From IMG/VR virus record IMGVR_UViG_3300021375_000006: 64,000 nt of DNA; one strand, 5' to 3'. Positions 8,492 through 18,156 of the stretch are shown one piece after another; position 1 is the stretch's first letter; each line of letters opens with the position of its first letter. Below the pieces are notes generated by a model. It did no database searches. It was given only the letters and a program-made list of their open reading frames with translations, and was not told the DNA's origin. Source of the DNA: a virus. Taxonomy: Duplodnaviria > Caudoviricetes. The position numbers and the translations under genes were made by a program.

Positions 8492-10864
8492 TTACCAAGC
8501 GTAATCGAACTTCTCGATCTTGTTTATTCTTTCTTTAATTTGTTTCGCGTAGTTCTTAGATTCTCTTTCGTAGTAAGATTCTTTTTCGCCATATCTAGCT
8601 TCAGATTCTTCTGCTTGTCTAATGTAATCTACATATCTAGAATAGTCATCTAAAATATTTGACATGTGTTGAGATGCATCTTTTGCTTTTACTTCTTTAC
8701 CTTTTGCGTTTTCACCAATTTTGATTTCTTGGTATCTAGTCTTCTCACCTTTTGCTAAACCATCTGAGATTTGCTTAGCCAGTTTATCGATTGCATCTGC
8801 TACCATTTTATCTAGTGGTAAGCTTGCAGCTTTATTAGCTAAGATCTTGTGGTATCTATTTTGGTTAGCCTCTTTAAAGTCTTTATCAGATTTGAATGCT
8901 GTTGCACCGGCTTTAGCTTCTGCTCTTGCACTTCTTAATTGGTCAGTAGAATACTTTTGTCTAATTAATTCTAGGTTAATAACAATAACTCTATCGGACA
9001 TCTCTGCAATTCTCTTACCGTTGTTAAGACCTGATGCACCCCAACCCCTGTATTTGTGGTTGATACCGATTTGACCCTCAGAACCTTTTTTCTCTTTAGA
9101 CCAAGATCTACCACCTGACCATCTTGACCATTCATTAGCATAGAATTGTCTGTCACCAGACATAGCTGCTAATACAATACCTCCACCAGGAACCATTTTA
9201 TAGTCATTCCATGATCCGTTGTTATGGTCATAGTATGGATTTTCTTTCTCGTTATCTGAGATAAAGAAAAGTACGTGGCTTGAACCGCCGTAGTTTTTAA
9301 ATATCTTTGATACATCGTTGCTAATAATAAAATCTTCATCTTCGATTTTATCAAGAGCTACTTTAGATAGGTTGTAAAAACCTTTAGCTAAATTAGAAAG
9401 ATTTTTCTTACTTTCTTTACCCTCTCTACCGTTCGATAGAACTGTTCTTAATATAGAGGATTTGATTGCTTCGTTAAGAAAGTTAGCTCCAACGAAGTCG
9501 CTAAATGACTCAAACAAGTTTATTTCGTTTTTCATATTTGTATTTTCTTCTAGTTTTTTAGCAGCTAAATCTTTATCTCTTTTGGATACGTTATCTAGGT
9601 AAGAGCCGTCTCCCCAGAATTTAACAACTAATTCAGTTTGAGTAGTTGAATGCATACCTGGTTTGTAAACTGCAATATCTCTTAATTTCTTGTTAGAAGC
9701 AATGGTTTGCTTCATGAAGTCAAGAGCTTGTTTCTCGTTTCTAAACTTTTTCATAGCACTTACACCGTCACTATAGATAACTTCATAGTTTTCAGTAACT
9801 GCAGATTCTTCTAAATATAAGTTTACATATTTACTACCTTTTTCTGAGTAAATTGAAGTAATTTTAAAATCACCTTTAATTGATTTACCAGTATCTTTTT
9901 TATACCAATCTGCATAATAAGCTTTAAAGAATAAGTTTGGTTCTAGTTCTCCAAAGAAGTGTGAAAGTTTACCTAAATAAAATTCAGCTTTAGGATATAC
10001 TTTTAAAATATCTTTTTCTGTTTCAGCATCTAGAACTGCTTTATCAAATTCTTTTACAAATTTAGCTTCAGTAACTTTTGACTCATCCACTCTCTTGATA
10101 GTATCGTGGAACCAATCTTCTGGCTCATCTCTATAATCAGTGTAAACATCAATTTCCCATTCATCACCGAATTGGTCAACGCCAACATAATACCAATCTT
10201 TGCCCTCGTTACCGTGGTCGTCAATAATATCACCTTGGTCAAACTCTACTTCATACTTCTTACCACCATCTTTAAATTCAATATATGGGAATTTATCTTT
10301 AGTAACTTTGATCTTCTCGTTTACTACTGACTCTTCGATATACTCGGCTAAATCTGGATCGTCCCATCCAAGTTCTGGATCTGCTAGTACTTTTTCAAGA
10401 TCCTTTCTCTTACCCTGCATTGTGATAACTGGAGTACCACCGCCTGGACCGTCCATTACTTTATTGATAATCTTAACTTTATTCTTCTTTAAGAATTTTA
10501 AGAAGTCTTTATCATCAGGGTTAATTGCATCCATCTCTACTGTAGCCTCAAATACCTCAGCAGCTTTAGGAGTTTCATCTAGCTCAGCTAGAATTCTACG
10601 TCCCCATTTTGAAAGCTTTACACCATCTTCAGAAACATTAAAGTACTTTCTATTTCTAGAAGCCCATTGATTTGAACTAGTAGATAATTCAGAAAGAATC
10701 TTATTGAATTCTTCTCTTGTTACCACGCCATCTGCAATTGCCTGTAAGACTGCGTTTCTTACGCTAGCAGTTTTACCTACAGTTTGAGCAGGGTGGTTCT
10801 CTGTATATTTTCTTTTGATTTGCAATTTCTTGCCTTCCGATAAAAAGTCTTCGAAGTTTATCAT
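8492..10864 (-). CDS. Modular putative internal-head polyprotein, 790 aa
   Basis: Starts MINFEDFLSE; linkers ESVVNE, ESKVTE and ESAVTE; internal LFESFSDFVGANFLNE. Confidence 0.55.
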   Translation of the reverse strand: MINFEDFLSEGKKLQIKRKYTENHPAQTVGKTASVRNAVLQAIADGVVTREEFNKILSELSTSSNQWASRNRKYFNVSEDGVKLSKWGRRILAELDETPKAAEVFEATVEMDAINPDDKDFLKFLKKNKVKIINKVMDGPGGGTPVITMQGKRKDLEKVLADPELGWDDPDLAEYIEESVVNEKIKVTKDKFPYIEFKDGGKKYEVEFDQGDIIDDHGNEGKDWYYVGVDQFGDEWEIDVYTDYRDEPEDWFHDTIKRVDESKVTEAKFVKEFDKAVLDAETEKDILKVYPKAEFYLGKLSHFFGELEPNLFFKAYYADWYKKDTGKSIKGDFKITSIYSEKGSKYVNLYLEESAVTENYEVIYSDGVSAMKKFRNEKQALDFMKQTIASNKKLRDIAVYKPGMHSTTQTELVVKFWGDGSYLDNVSKRDKDLAAKKLEENTNMKNEINLFESFSDFVGANFLNEAIKSSILRTVLSNGREGKESKKNLSNLAKGFYNLSKVALDKIEDEDFIISNDVSKIFKNYGGSSHVLFFISDNEKENPYYDHNNGSWNDYKMVPGGGIVLAAMSGDRQFYANEWSRWSGGRSWSKEKKGSEGQIGINHKYRGWGASGLNNGKRIAEMSDRVIVINLELIRQKYSTDQLRSARAEAKAGATAFKSDKDFKEANQNRYHKILANKAASLPLDKMVADAIDKLAKQISDGLAKGEKTRYQEIKIGENAKGKEVKAKDASQHMSNILDDYSRYVDYIRQAEESEARYGEKESYYERESKNYAKQIKERINKIEKFDYAW

Positions 10865-10866
10865 AA

Positions 10867-11250
10867 TTATGCTTTAATTTTTGCTAGTTTACCCTGTTTC
10901 TCTTCATACTGGAATGAGAACTTAGACTTTGCGAAAAGTGTTCCCATTGAGAATGAGACATAAACTCCGTCTGGTTTTTTCATAGCAGTCTTATATGCTT
11001 CTGCTGCAGCAGCCTCATCGTCAAAAATACCAATGTATTGTTTCTTGCTACCACCATTCTCTAGTCTAATTCTTTGACCATAGAAGTCTACTTCATTGTG
11101 AGCAAATACTAAATACTTTGTATTACCTTTTTCTGGTAGGTTGTCGCTATGCTCTCCAAATGAAGTTCTATCATTGTAGTAGTAAGAACCAAATTGAATA
11201 GACTCATTTACTGAATCTCTGAAGCCTTCGAATGTTTTTATGTTTTTCAT
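10867..11250 (-). CDS. Putative capsid-targeted protein, 127 aa
   Basis: Starts MKNIKTFEGFRDSVNE; late-type motif GAATATATA at 11271-11279. Confidence 0.5.
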   Translation of the reverse strand: MKNIKTFEGFRDSVNESIQFGSYYYNDRTSFGEHSDNLPEKGNTKYLVFAHNEVDFYGQRIRLENGGSKKQYIGIFDDEAAAAEAYKTAMKKPDGVYVSFSMGTLFAKSKFSFQYEEKQGKLAKIKA

Positions 11251-11269
11251 ATTAATATGCTATATTTGT

Positions 11270-13129
11270 TTATATATTCTTTAAAAAATCATCGAAGGTT
11301 AGGAATTCTGGTTGTGCAGATTCTGCAGCAACACCCATCGAGTCTTCTAATTTCATTTTAAGTTCTCCATACATACCATGTATATCCTTAGGAGTTAATT
11401 TCTTAAATAGTCTTTCGTCACCATCAAGCATTGCGTTTCTAACCTGAGTTGCTGAAATATTCTTGCCTGATCTTGGAATTTCAAATAAACCAAAATCGTC
11501 TCTTACACCTAGATCGTCTCTGTATTCTTGTTTATCTGCTTGATAACTATAGACTTTCATTCTATCAGTTCCAGTTCCCCATAATACTGGCTCGTATTGT
11601 GGTCTTAATTCATTAAACATTTTATCAATTGCTGCAGTAGGTAAAATCTTTACATCTTCAATTGGATAAGAAGATTTTAATTTTTGTAACATTGATAGTT
11701 GAGTCTCTTCGTCGTAAGGTCTCTTGAATGCATCTTCTGCTTTCTTAGTTTTAGACTTAATTAAAAAGATAACTACTGGATAACCGTTTTGTTTATAGAT
11801 AGTTTCAATAACTTTAGCGTGTCCTAATGTAAATGGTTGAAATCTACCAACAAACATATTTACAGGCTTCTTACCTTGATCTTTATACTTAACAGTTAAG
11901 CCTTCCATGATTGGACTAACTTGAGCTGAAATTTTTTGGTTTAATAAATATTGTTTAAAATCCATTACGTCTGATTCATTTGCTTTTGCCATTATTAAAC
12001 CCTCAATGGTTTCAACGATCTCGTTGATCTGCTCCATTAAATCTTTATTAATAAGGTCGGTTTCTTTAGTTCTCTTTTTTCTAAAAGAGCCTAATACAAT
12101 CTTAAATAACTCAGATAATATCTTATCTTGTACTAAAGTAAGTGTCTTTTCGTTTTGAATAAACTTATTATTTAATTCAAACATAGGAGATTCAGAAAAG
12201 TCTGCAGAGTCAAATTTAGCACCAATATATTTTGTAGCATTTTTTTCTACATAATTATTAAAAATAGATGACATTAATTCTAAATATCTTCTATCTACCT
12301 TTCCTTCTTTTAATTCTATTGATGAGAAATCAAATTGTACTAAATGTTCTACAACATCTAAAATTGTAATTTGATACATGTCTGATGGTTTTCTTGGATC
12401 CATCGGTTTTTTATTAAACTTCTCTAATTTAAAAGATTGTAATTCTGTTCCGTCATGAAAATTAATAATAAACCCTGCAACATCTTTTGAAAGATCGTTC
12501 ATTAAAGCAGATTGCTTCATATTCTCATTAAAAATACCGAATACTGTTCTTGTAAAGCTAGGCTTCTCAAAGTCTTCAAATGTCTGTTCAAATTCATTAA
12601 CCGACATTGCAAGAATTTGTTTTAATCTATCCTTTTGACCTGAGTCAAGTTGACCTTCAAATAATATAGGTGGTTTTGAAACATTTAGTTTATCCGCCCA
12701 CTTATTAAGTATTTTGGTATCTCTAATTACCTTTCTAACTTTATTAGGATTAGATGGTTGTAAAACTTGTATATGCGTTAAAATTAAATTTGATTCTGGT
12801 AAAACATCATACTCCACATCAATTGTTTTATTATCGCCAAGATATTCAAATCCAAACTTCCAGTCAAATGGCATATCTTCTATAACTTCTTTAGAAACAG
12901 ACTTAAAGTGGCGAATTGCGTTCTCATAGTATCTGACAATTGTACGATCTACTATATCCATTGGTTGCTTAGAACCAGATTTATAGTATGCAAAATCAGT
13001 ACCTTGTCTTCTTGCATGAAAAGATGAACCGTTGATTTTCTCAGTCACAATACATTTGTGGTTAAGTAGTTTATCAACGTCTGCTGTGTTAGCTCCTTCG
13101 AAATATGTTTTTAAATTGTCTAATGCCAT
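11270..13129 (-). CDS. RNA-ligase-like nucleotidyltransferase domain fused to an HIGH-family cytidyltransferase-like domain
   Basis: N-terminal VTEKINGSS (ligase motif I variant). C-terminal FVGRFQPFTLGH and RSGKNISATQVR (HIGH/KMSKS-like motifs). Confidence 0.7.
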   Translation of the reverse strand: MALDNLKTYFEGANTADVDKLLNHKCIVTEKINGSSFHARRQGTDFAYYKSGSKQPMDIVDRTIVRYYENAIRHFKSVSKEVIEDMPFDWKFGFEYLGDNKTIDVEYDVLPESNLILTHIQVLQPSNPNKVRKVIRDTKILNKWADKLNVSKPPILFEGQLDSGQKDRLKQILAMSVNEFEQTFEDFEKPSFTRTVFGIFNENMKQSALMNDLSKDVAGFIINFHDGTELQSFKLEKFNKKPMDPRKPSDMYQITILDVVEHLVQFDFSSIELKEGKVDRRYLELMSSIFNNYVEKNATKYIGAKFDSADFSESPMFELNNKFIQNEKTLTLVQDKILSELFKIVLGSFRKKRTKETDLINKDLMEQINEIVETIEGLIMAKANESDVMDFKQYLLNQKISAQVSPIMEGLTVKYKDQGKKPVNMFVGRFQPFTLGHAKVIETIYKQNGYPVVIFLIKSKTKKAEDAFKRPYDEETQLSMLQKLKSSYPIEDVKILPTAAIDKMFNELRPQYEPVLWGTGTDRMKVYSYQADKQEYRDDLGVRDDFGLFEIPRSGKNISATQVRNAMLDGDERLFKKLTPKDIHGMYGELKMKLEDSMGVAAESAQPEFLTFDDFLKNI

Positions 13130-13137
13130 AATAGTTT

Positions 13138-14409
13138 TTATCTACCGTATTTAATAATACCCATTAACTGGTTAATAGCGGCAAAAGTTCCAGTTAACTT
13201 GAATGTTTTACCATTGTATTTAAAGACTAGGCCTTCTGTTGGAATGATTGACTCAATACCGCCGATACCTTCTAGTCTCTTTAATTCTTTTTCTACTTTC
13301 TCAATTTGTTTTAGATCTCCGTTCTTTTTAACTTTGTCAGCTTCAGTTCTGATTTGCTTATGTAATCTTGCTTTCTCAGCCTCTGGGTTAGCAGCAACAA
13401 AATTAGAAACGTTCTTTAAAACATCTGCACCTAATTCTAAAAATAGGTTCTCGAAAGGTAGAATGTTTTCTTTATACTTCTTATTTCTTTGACCATCAAA
13501 ATCTTTGACAGCTTTTGCTTGTTCTGGAGTAACTGCTTTCTTTAAGTCTCTCATATTTAGAGTCTTCTTGTCTAAGTATGCCCATCTTAATAGAAGTCCT
13601 TCTTTTAATACTGGGTCTAAATCCCCAAAGTTCTCTTCGATTTGGTTTCTCCACCAAGCCTCGTGATACATTTTAACCTCATCTTGATCTGATAGACTAT
13701 AAGTATCTCTTAGTTTATTTATCGCCTTTTCGTAATAGCCGACTCTCTCATCAAAGTTAATATCTTTTCCTAACTTTAAAATTTGAGGGGGAATTATTGT
13801 AAAGGTCTTTTGCACATCAGCTTTTAACTCTCTAAGTGCTTTTACAATCTCACCTGCAATATTCTCTTCACCTATGATATTACCAGCACCATCAGTAACT
13901 TTCATACCGTGGAATTGAATAACATCTCTGTCATAATAGATTACATTAGGATTCTTAGAGTAAATTAGCTCCATGTTGATAAATGAGTTACCATCTTGGA
14001 ATACAGATTGGTCCTTAAGCTTTGGGAGCGCATCTGCTAGATCTTTAGCAGCAAAGATAAATGTTTCTTCAACCAGCTTTGAAGCATGGCCAGTAAACAT
14101 CTTAATGATACCATTTAGGTCGAGTGGATTAGCTAGTTGCCCTTTATTTCTAGCGAACATAGCTTTACCATCTTTTACAGTTGCAAATACATTCTGACCA
14201 TCTGTCTTTTCAGTTGGTGCCTCTTCAAAATCAAGACCTCCTTGTAGTGCAGACTTTACAATTCTCTTGAAATCTGCAAACGTTAATGAGTGGTCATCGA
14301 ATGGGTGCATCATGTGACCAGCGGCACCACCTTCAAATACGAAATTGTCCAAGTTATTGACCTGGACTTTCTCGTTTAAGAATTCTTTAAATGTATATAG
14401 TTTCTTCAT
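13138..14409 (-). CDS. Ligase-fold (KxDG) nucleotidyltransferase-like protein with a capsid-targeting N-terminus
   Basis: MKKLYTFKEFLNE; EGGAAGHMMHPFDD; motif I TEKTDGQN; motif IV/V EGLVFKYNGKTFKLTG. Confidence 0.55.
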   Translation of the reverse strand: MKKLYTFKEFLNEKVQVNNLDNFVFEGGAAGHMMHPFDDHSLTFADFKRIVKSALQGGLDFEEAPTEKTDGQNVFATVKDGKAMFARNKGQLANPLDLNGIIKMFTGHASKLVEETFIFAAKDLADALPKLKDQSVFQDGNSFINMELIYSKNPNVIYYDRDVIQFHGMKVTDGAGNIIGEENIAGEIVKALRELKADVQKTFTIIPPQILKLGKDINFDERVGYYEKAINKLRDTYSLSDQDEVKMYHEAWWRNQIEENFGDLDPVLKEGLLLRWAYLDKKTLNMRDLKKAVTPEQAKAVKDFDGQRNKKYKENILPFENLFLELGADVLKNVSNFVAANPEAEKARLHKQIRTEADKVKKNGDLKQIEKVEKELKRLEGIGGIESIIPTEGLVFKYNGKTFKLTGTFAAINQLMGIIKYGR

Positions 14410-14428
14410 AAGAAGTTTTAGATTGTTT

Positions 14429-15967
14429 TTATCCTAATGATGATTGTAATGCACCAACTGCTGCACCATAGTCACCGTCGTGTTTAGTTAATAAACCGTC
14501 TACTACTTCTTGAGCTTTTTCTTCATCGAATTCGTCACCGAACGCTTGTTGTAAAACTGAGAATGCATACTCTTTAAAATCTTCGTCTGATTTTACTTCA
14601 GCTTCGTTAGTAGCTTCTTCAGCAACTTCTTCAGTTTCTTCTACTTCTTCAGTTTCTTCTACTTCTTCAGTCTCTTCAACCTCTTCAGTTTCTTCTACTT
14701 CTTCAGTCTCTTCAACCTCTTTAGTTTCTTCTACTTCTTCACCTTCTTCAGTAGCTTCACCTTCTTCGTGGTGTGCTTCTTCAGTAGATTCTGTTTCTTC
14801 TTCAACTTCTTCTCCCTCTTTAATTACAGGATAAGTCTTACCGTTAAACTCAAACTTTTCAGCATCTTCTTCGATTGCTTTAGCTCTTGCGGCTAAAAAA
14901 GCGTTACCTTCATTCATCACAGACTCGTTAGCCCAGATTAATTCAAATGCATCTACAATTTTTTGAGCAGTATCACCATGTCCGAATCCATCTAAGAATA
15001 ATGCCATACCTTCAACGATACCAATACCTGACCATCCAGCTGCATTAGCTAGACCAGAGTAATGTTCGTCTAATAGGTTAATGATTGATTTTTTACCAAC
15101 TGGAACTGACATTCCACCTAAATTATCGATGTCTACCATAATAGTAACAATCTTACCACCTAGTGCTTTACTTACTGGATCTCTATATCTGTGGAAGTTA
15201 GCGTCTGTTAGGGCTTCAGCTAATAAGTATCTACAAACACCTAATAAAAGTGGTCCGTCCATTAATGCAGTATGGTTCGTAAAGAATGATTCTAACCATT
15301 TAGCAACTTTCTTAGCGTCTCTTGCATTACCTTTACTTGGTTTAAATGCTTCATTAATAATTAGTGACTCAAATGCTGGAATTAATTCTTTATCTCCATA
15401 TACATCTGCCATATACCATTTGCCATCTCTTTCATCAAATAGGTAAACGAATTCTGCTCCTGCTCTATCGCTAGCATCAGAAATATAATCGTCGACTTTC
15501 TTAACATCACCTTTTAGTGTTGTTTTATCTCCGTAGAAATTAATCTTACTTGGATCTGCTTCCAAACCTGAGCCACCCCCTTTCTTAAGTAAAAACTTAA
15601 CTGTTCCGGAGTTCATGTAACCCTTCTTAATTGTAGGTAACATGTGGTCTGGATAACCATCGTAGTGCATATACACTGACTCTATTTTTCCTCTTTTAGA
15701 AATAATACCAACTTGTGATCTGGTACCTTCTTCAATGATAGCTAAAGACTCAGATACTTCAGAAGCACCTAGCTTAGCAAAAAATTTGTTTCTATCTTCT
15801 TCGTTTAAATCTTTTACAGATGTAACGCCGAACTCAGATAATAATGTTTCGAATTGGTAAGCTGACTCTGTACGAGCTACTTTTTGTTCTTCTTCTAATT
15901 TCATTTTTGCTGCTTTAGCGGAAGCATTAGCGAAATCTTCAAAAGACTGTAGTTTTAATGAACCCAT
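14429..15967 (-). CDS. Modular putative internal-head / scaffold-like protein with a Glu-rich repeat
   Basis: MGSLKLQSFEDF; a domain GTRSQVG...VYMHYDGYP of a type common in phages; linkers ESLIINE and ESVMNE; (EETEEV)n tract. Confidence 0.5.
   Translation of the reverse strand: MGSLKLQSFEDFANASAKAAKMKLEEEQKVARTESAYQFETLLSEFGVTSVKDLNEEDRNKFFAKLGASEVSESLAIIEEGTRSQVGIISKRGKIESVYMHYDGYPDHMLPTIKKGYMNSGTVKFLLKKGGGSGLEADPSKINFYGDKTTLKGDVKKVDDYISDASDRAGAEFVYLFDERDGKWYMADVYGDKELIPAFESLIINEAFKPSKGNARDAKKVAKWLESFFTNHTALMDGPLLLGVCRYLLAEALTDANFHRYRDPVSKALGGKIVTIMVDIDNLGGMSVPVGKKSIINLLDEHYSGLANAAGWSGIGIVEGMALFLDGFGHGDTAQKIVDAFELIWANESVMNEGNAFLAARAKAIEEDAEKFEFNGKTYPVIKEGEEVEEETESTEEAHHEEGEATEEGEEVEETKEVEETEEVEETEEVEETEEVEETEEVEETEEVAEEATNEAEVKSDEDFKEYAFSVLQQAFGDEFDEEKAQEVVDGLLTKHDGDYGAAVGALQSSLG
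14625..14740. repeat. 18-nt tandem repeat encoding EETEEV, about 6 units
   Basis: Unit acttcttcagtttcttct with synonymous variants, seen directly. Confidence 0.9.
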
Positions 15968-16003
15968 TTTTATTAAATTTATTTTTAATACTTTACTATT
16001 GTA

Positions 16004-17512
16004 TTATATATCACCGTCAAAAGTCACATTTTTTACCTCAAACGGGAACTTCTGTTCCTTATAGATCTTTTGACGCGCTTTGGCATGTCGAATGAGATAG
16101 TTATCCCAGTCTGGTGATGATAAGTCATCTACGAAATCAATGATATTTACCTCTGATTTTGTGTGGTGTTTTCTTAACCCTCTACCGATTGATTGTCTAA
16201 TTATGACTTCCGATTTAAACGATTCGGTAAAGAAGATATTATGTATTTTCTTAATCGAGATCCCTGTTGAGAACGTACCATAAGAGGCAACAATGACAAC
16301 CTGCGCGCCTGCTTCCATCTTCTTCTTGTATTCTTCACGGATGTCCTTGTCGGTATTACCATCCACATAATAGATGGGTTTGTCACTATCTTGGCGCAGT
16401 TTCTCATAAATTCTTTTGCCGTGTTCGATTCGGTGGAAAAGAACAAGGCTATTCCCACGTACTCTGGAAATAATGTTGCAAATGAAAGCCAAGCGCCCTG
16501 TTGAATTGATGACATAATTACTTTCAAATCTGAAAACGTCTTTACTTTCATATCTGTTTTGGGACATCTCATAAAAAGCATTCTTTGTGCTTTGAGGTGC
16601 ATAATCCATTTTTATTACTTTCACATTACAACCTGCAATGTGACCTTCATCTTGAAGGAATGCCGCATTGACCTCTGTAATTACAGGGCCTGTATGTGCC
16701 ATTAGGGTTAATCTATCTAACGTCTTTGCTTTTGGAATTGTCCCCGAGAGTCCAAATCGATAGTTTGCAGCAGTACATTTTTGTAGAATTGTTTTAATAG
16801 AGGTAGACTTAGCCTTGTGAGTCTCATCGATAATTACAGCGTCAAACTGTTCAAAATATTCTTTGTCTTTCTTAACAAGAGATTGATACGTACCAATTAC
16901 CATGTTTCTACCCGGTCTAATCTTTTGACCAGAATAGATCTGTTGTACCTTAATATTCGTTGCATTACGCCAGTTATAGTCCATAAAGTCCTCAGAGGCC
17001 TGTACAACTAACGAAACGTTTGGGACGATAAGTAATATCCTTCCAGCCTTGCCCTTCTCTAACATATACGCAATAGCCATATACGTTATCAAGGTTTTAC
17101 CAGCTGATGTGGCTAACTCACTTAGACATCTTCTAAATTTTAGAATATTATATGCCGCTTCAATTTGATAATCTCTTGGGTTTAATTCATGGCCATCAAA
17201 GTAGTCTTCTGCCCATTTTGTAAACTCTTCTTGTTTTACCGAAGGGTCGAATAGTGTGGTTACACCATTCATCTTTAACTCGAACTTATATTGTTTACAC
17301 AGATCCATCACCTCTTTCCAAAGTCCAGATGGAATCCACTTATCATCCTTAATATAGGAGATATAGCCATCCCATAGACCTTTCTTCACAAGAGGATGAA
17401 AGCGCCAGTTTTCAATTCTACGATTAAATGTGATATTGAGTTGTTCTATTTCTAGTTCACTCGCCTCATCAATACGCAGAAACTGCTTATTATCTGTTAA
17501 ACTCAGTTCCAT
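16004..17512 (-). CDS. uvsW: UvsW-like superfamily 2 DNA helicase
   Basis: LATSAGKT (Walker A), IIDETH (DExH), GLSGT, ASYGTFSTGISIK, QSIGRGLRK. Length 502 aa, adjacent to uvsY. Confidence 0.92.
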   Translation of the reverse strand: MELSLTDNKQFLRIDEASELEIEQLNITFNRRIENWRFHPLVKKGLWDGYISYIKDDKWIPSGLWKEVMDLCKQYKFELKMNGVTTLFDPSVKQEEFTKWAEDYFDGHELNPRDYQIEAAYNILKFRRCLSELATSAGKTLITYMAIAYMLEKGKAGRILLIVPNVSLVVQASEDFMDYNWRNATNIKVQQIYSGQKIRPGRNMVIGTYQSLVKKDKEYFEQFDAVIIDETHKAKSTSIKTILQKCTAANYRFGLSGTIPKAKTLDRLTLMAHTGPVITEVNAAFLQDEGHIAGCNVKVIKMDYAPQSTKNAFYEMSQNRYESKDVFRFESNYVINSTGRLAFICNIISRVRGNSLVLFHRIEHGKRIYEKLRQDSDKPIYYVDGNTDKDIREEYKKKMEAGAQVVIVASYGTFSTGISIKKIHNIFFTESFKSEVIIRQSIGRGLRKHHTKSEVNIIDFVDDLSSPDWDNYLIRHAKARQKIYKEQKFPFEVKNVTFDGDI

Positions 17513-17513
17513 T

Positions 17514-17936
17514 TTATAGTCCGTTTAGAGACAATCTATTTCTTATTGCAAAGCCCATATTATCTAGGGTCTTCACTGAATCTCTAAAAAATTCTAATTG
17601 GTTTTCAAGATGAGATAATACCATGTTCTCATCTGCCATATCATTTTCTAGAAATTTCTCTTTAACTTTTTCACCTAATTTATAGTCGTAATTATAGTAA
17701 CGAATATACGCTTCTCTATATCTAGTAGAGACCGAAATCTTTTGTTCTTTTATCTTTACGTTTAGGTATGCAATCTGATCTACACAGGTCTGTCTTGATG
17801 ATAGTACATTGGCTATCACCTCTTCCATTCCATCTACTTTCTTAAGTCCTTTCGCTAAGGCTCTAATAGTATCAGACCATTGTTGTCTTTGAGCACTCAA
17901 CTTTTGGTCTAGTGCCTGAATCTTTTCTTTACTCAT
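17514..17936 (-). CDS. uvsY: UvsY-like recombination mediator
   Basis: 140-aa helical protein next to uvsW, with C-terminal VKTLDNMGFAIRNRL. Confidence 0.65.
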   Translation of the reverse strand: MSKEKIQALDQKLSAQRQQWSDTIRALAKGLKKVDGMEEVIANVLSSRQTCVDQIAYLNVKIKEQKISVSTRYREAYIRYYNYDYKLGEKVKEKFLENDMADENMVLSHLENQLEFFRDSVKTLDNMGFAIRNRLSLNGL

Positions 17937-17946
17937 ATTAGTTATA

Positions 17947-18156
17947 TTAGAACAACGACTTTTTGTTTGGATTTGACCTTACAAACTTAGCGGCCTTTTG
18001 GCCCTTCTTAAGTTTAGGTTCTTCCACAACAAAGTCTTTGCTCTCTACGTTAAACTCTTCAACATCAAAACCCACGATGAGTTTGTTGCCCTTAAATCTA
18101 TCAGAGTCCTTAAAAAAGTCTTCTAAATTATCTTCCATTTCTTCTATACGTACCAT
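17947..18156 (-). CDS. Hypothetical protein, 69 aa
   Basis: ORF track; overlaps the primase stop. Confidence 0.55.
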   Translation of the reverse strand: MVRIEEMEDNLEDFFKDSDRFKGNKLIVGFDVEEFNVESKDFVVEEPKLKKGQKAAKFVRSNPNKKSLF

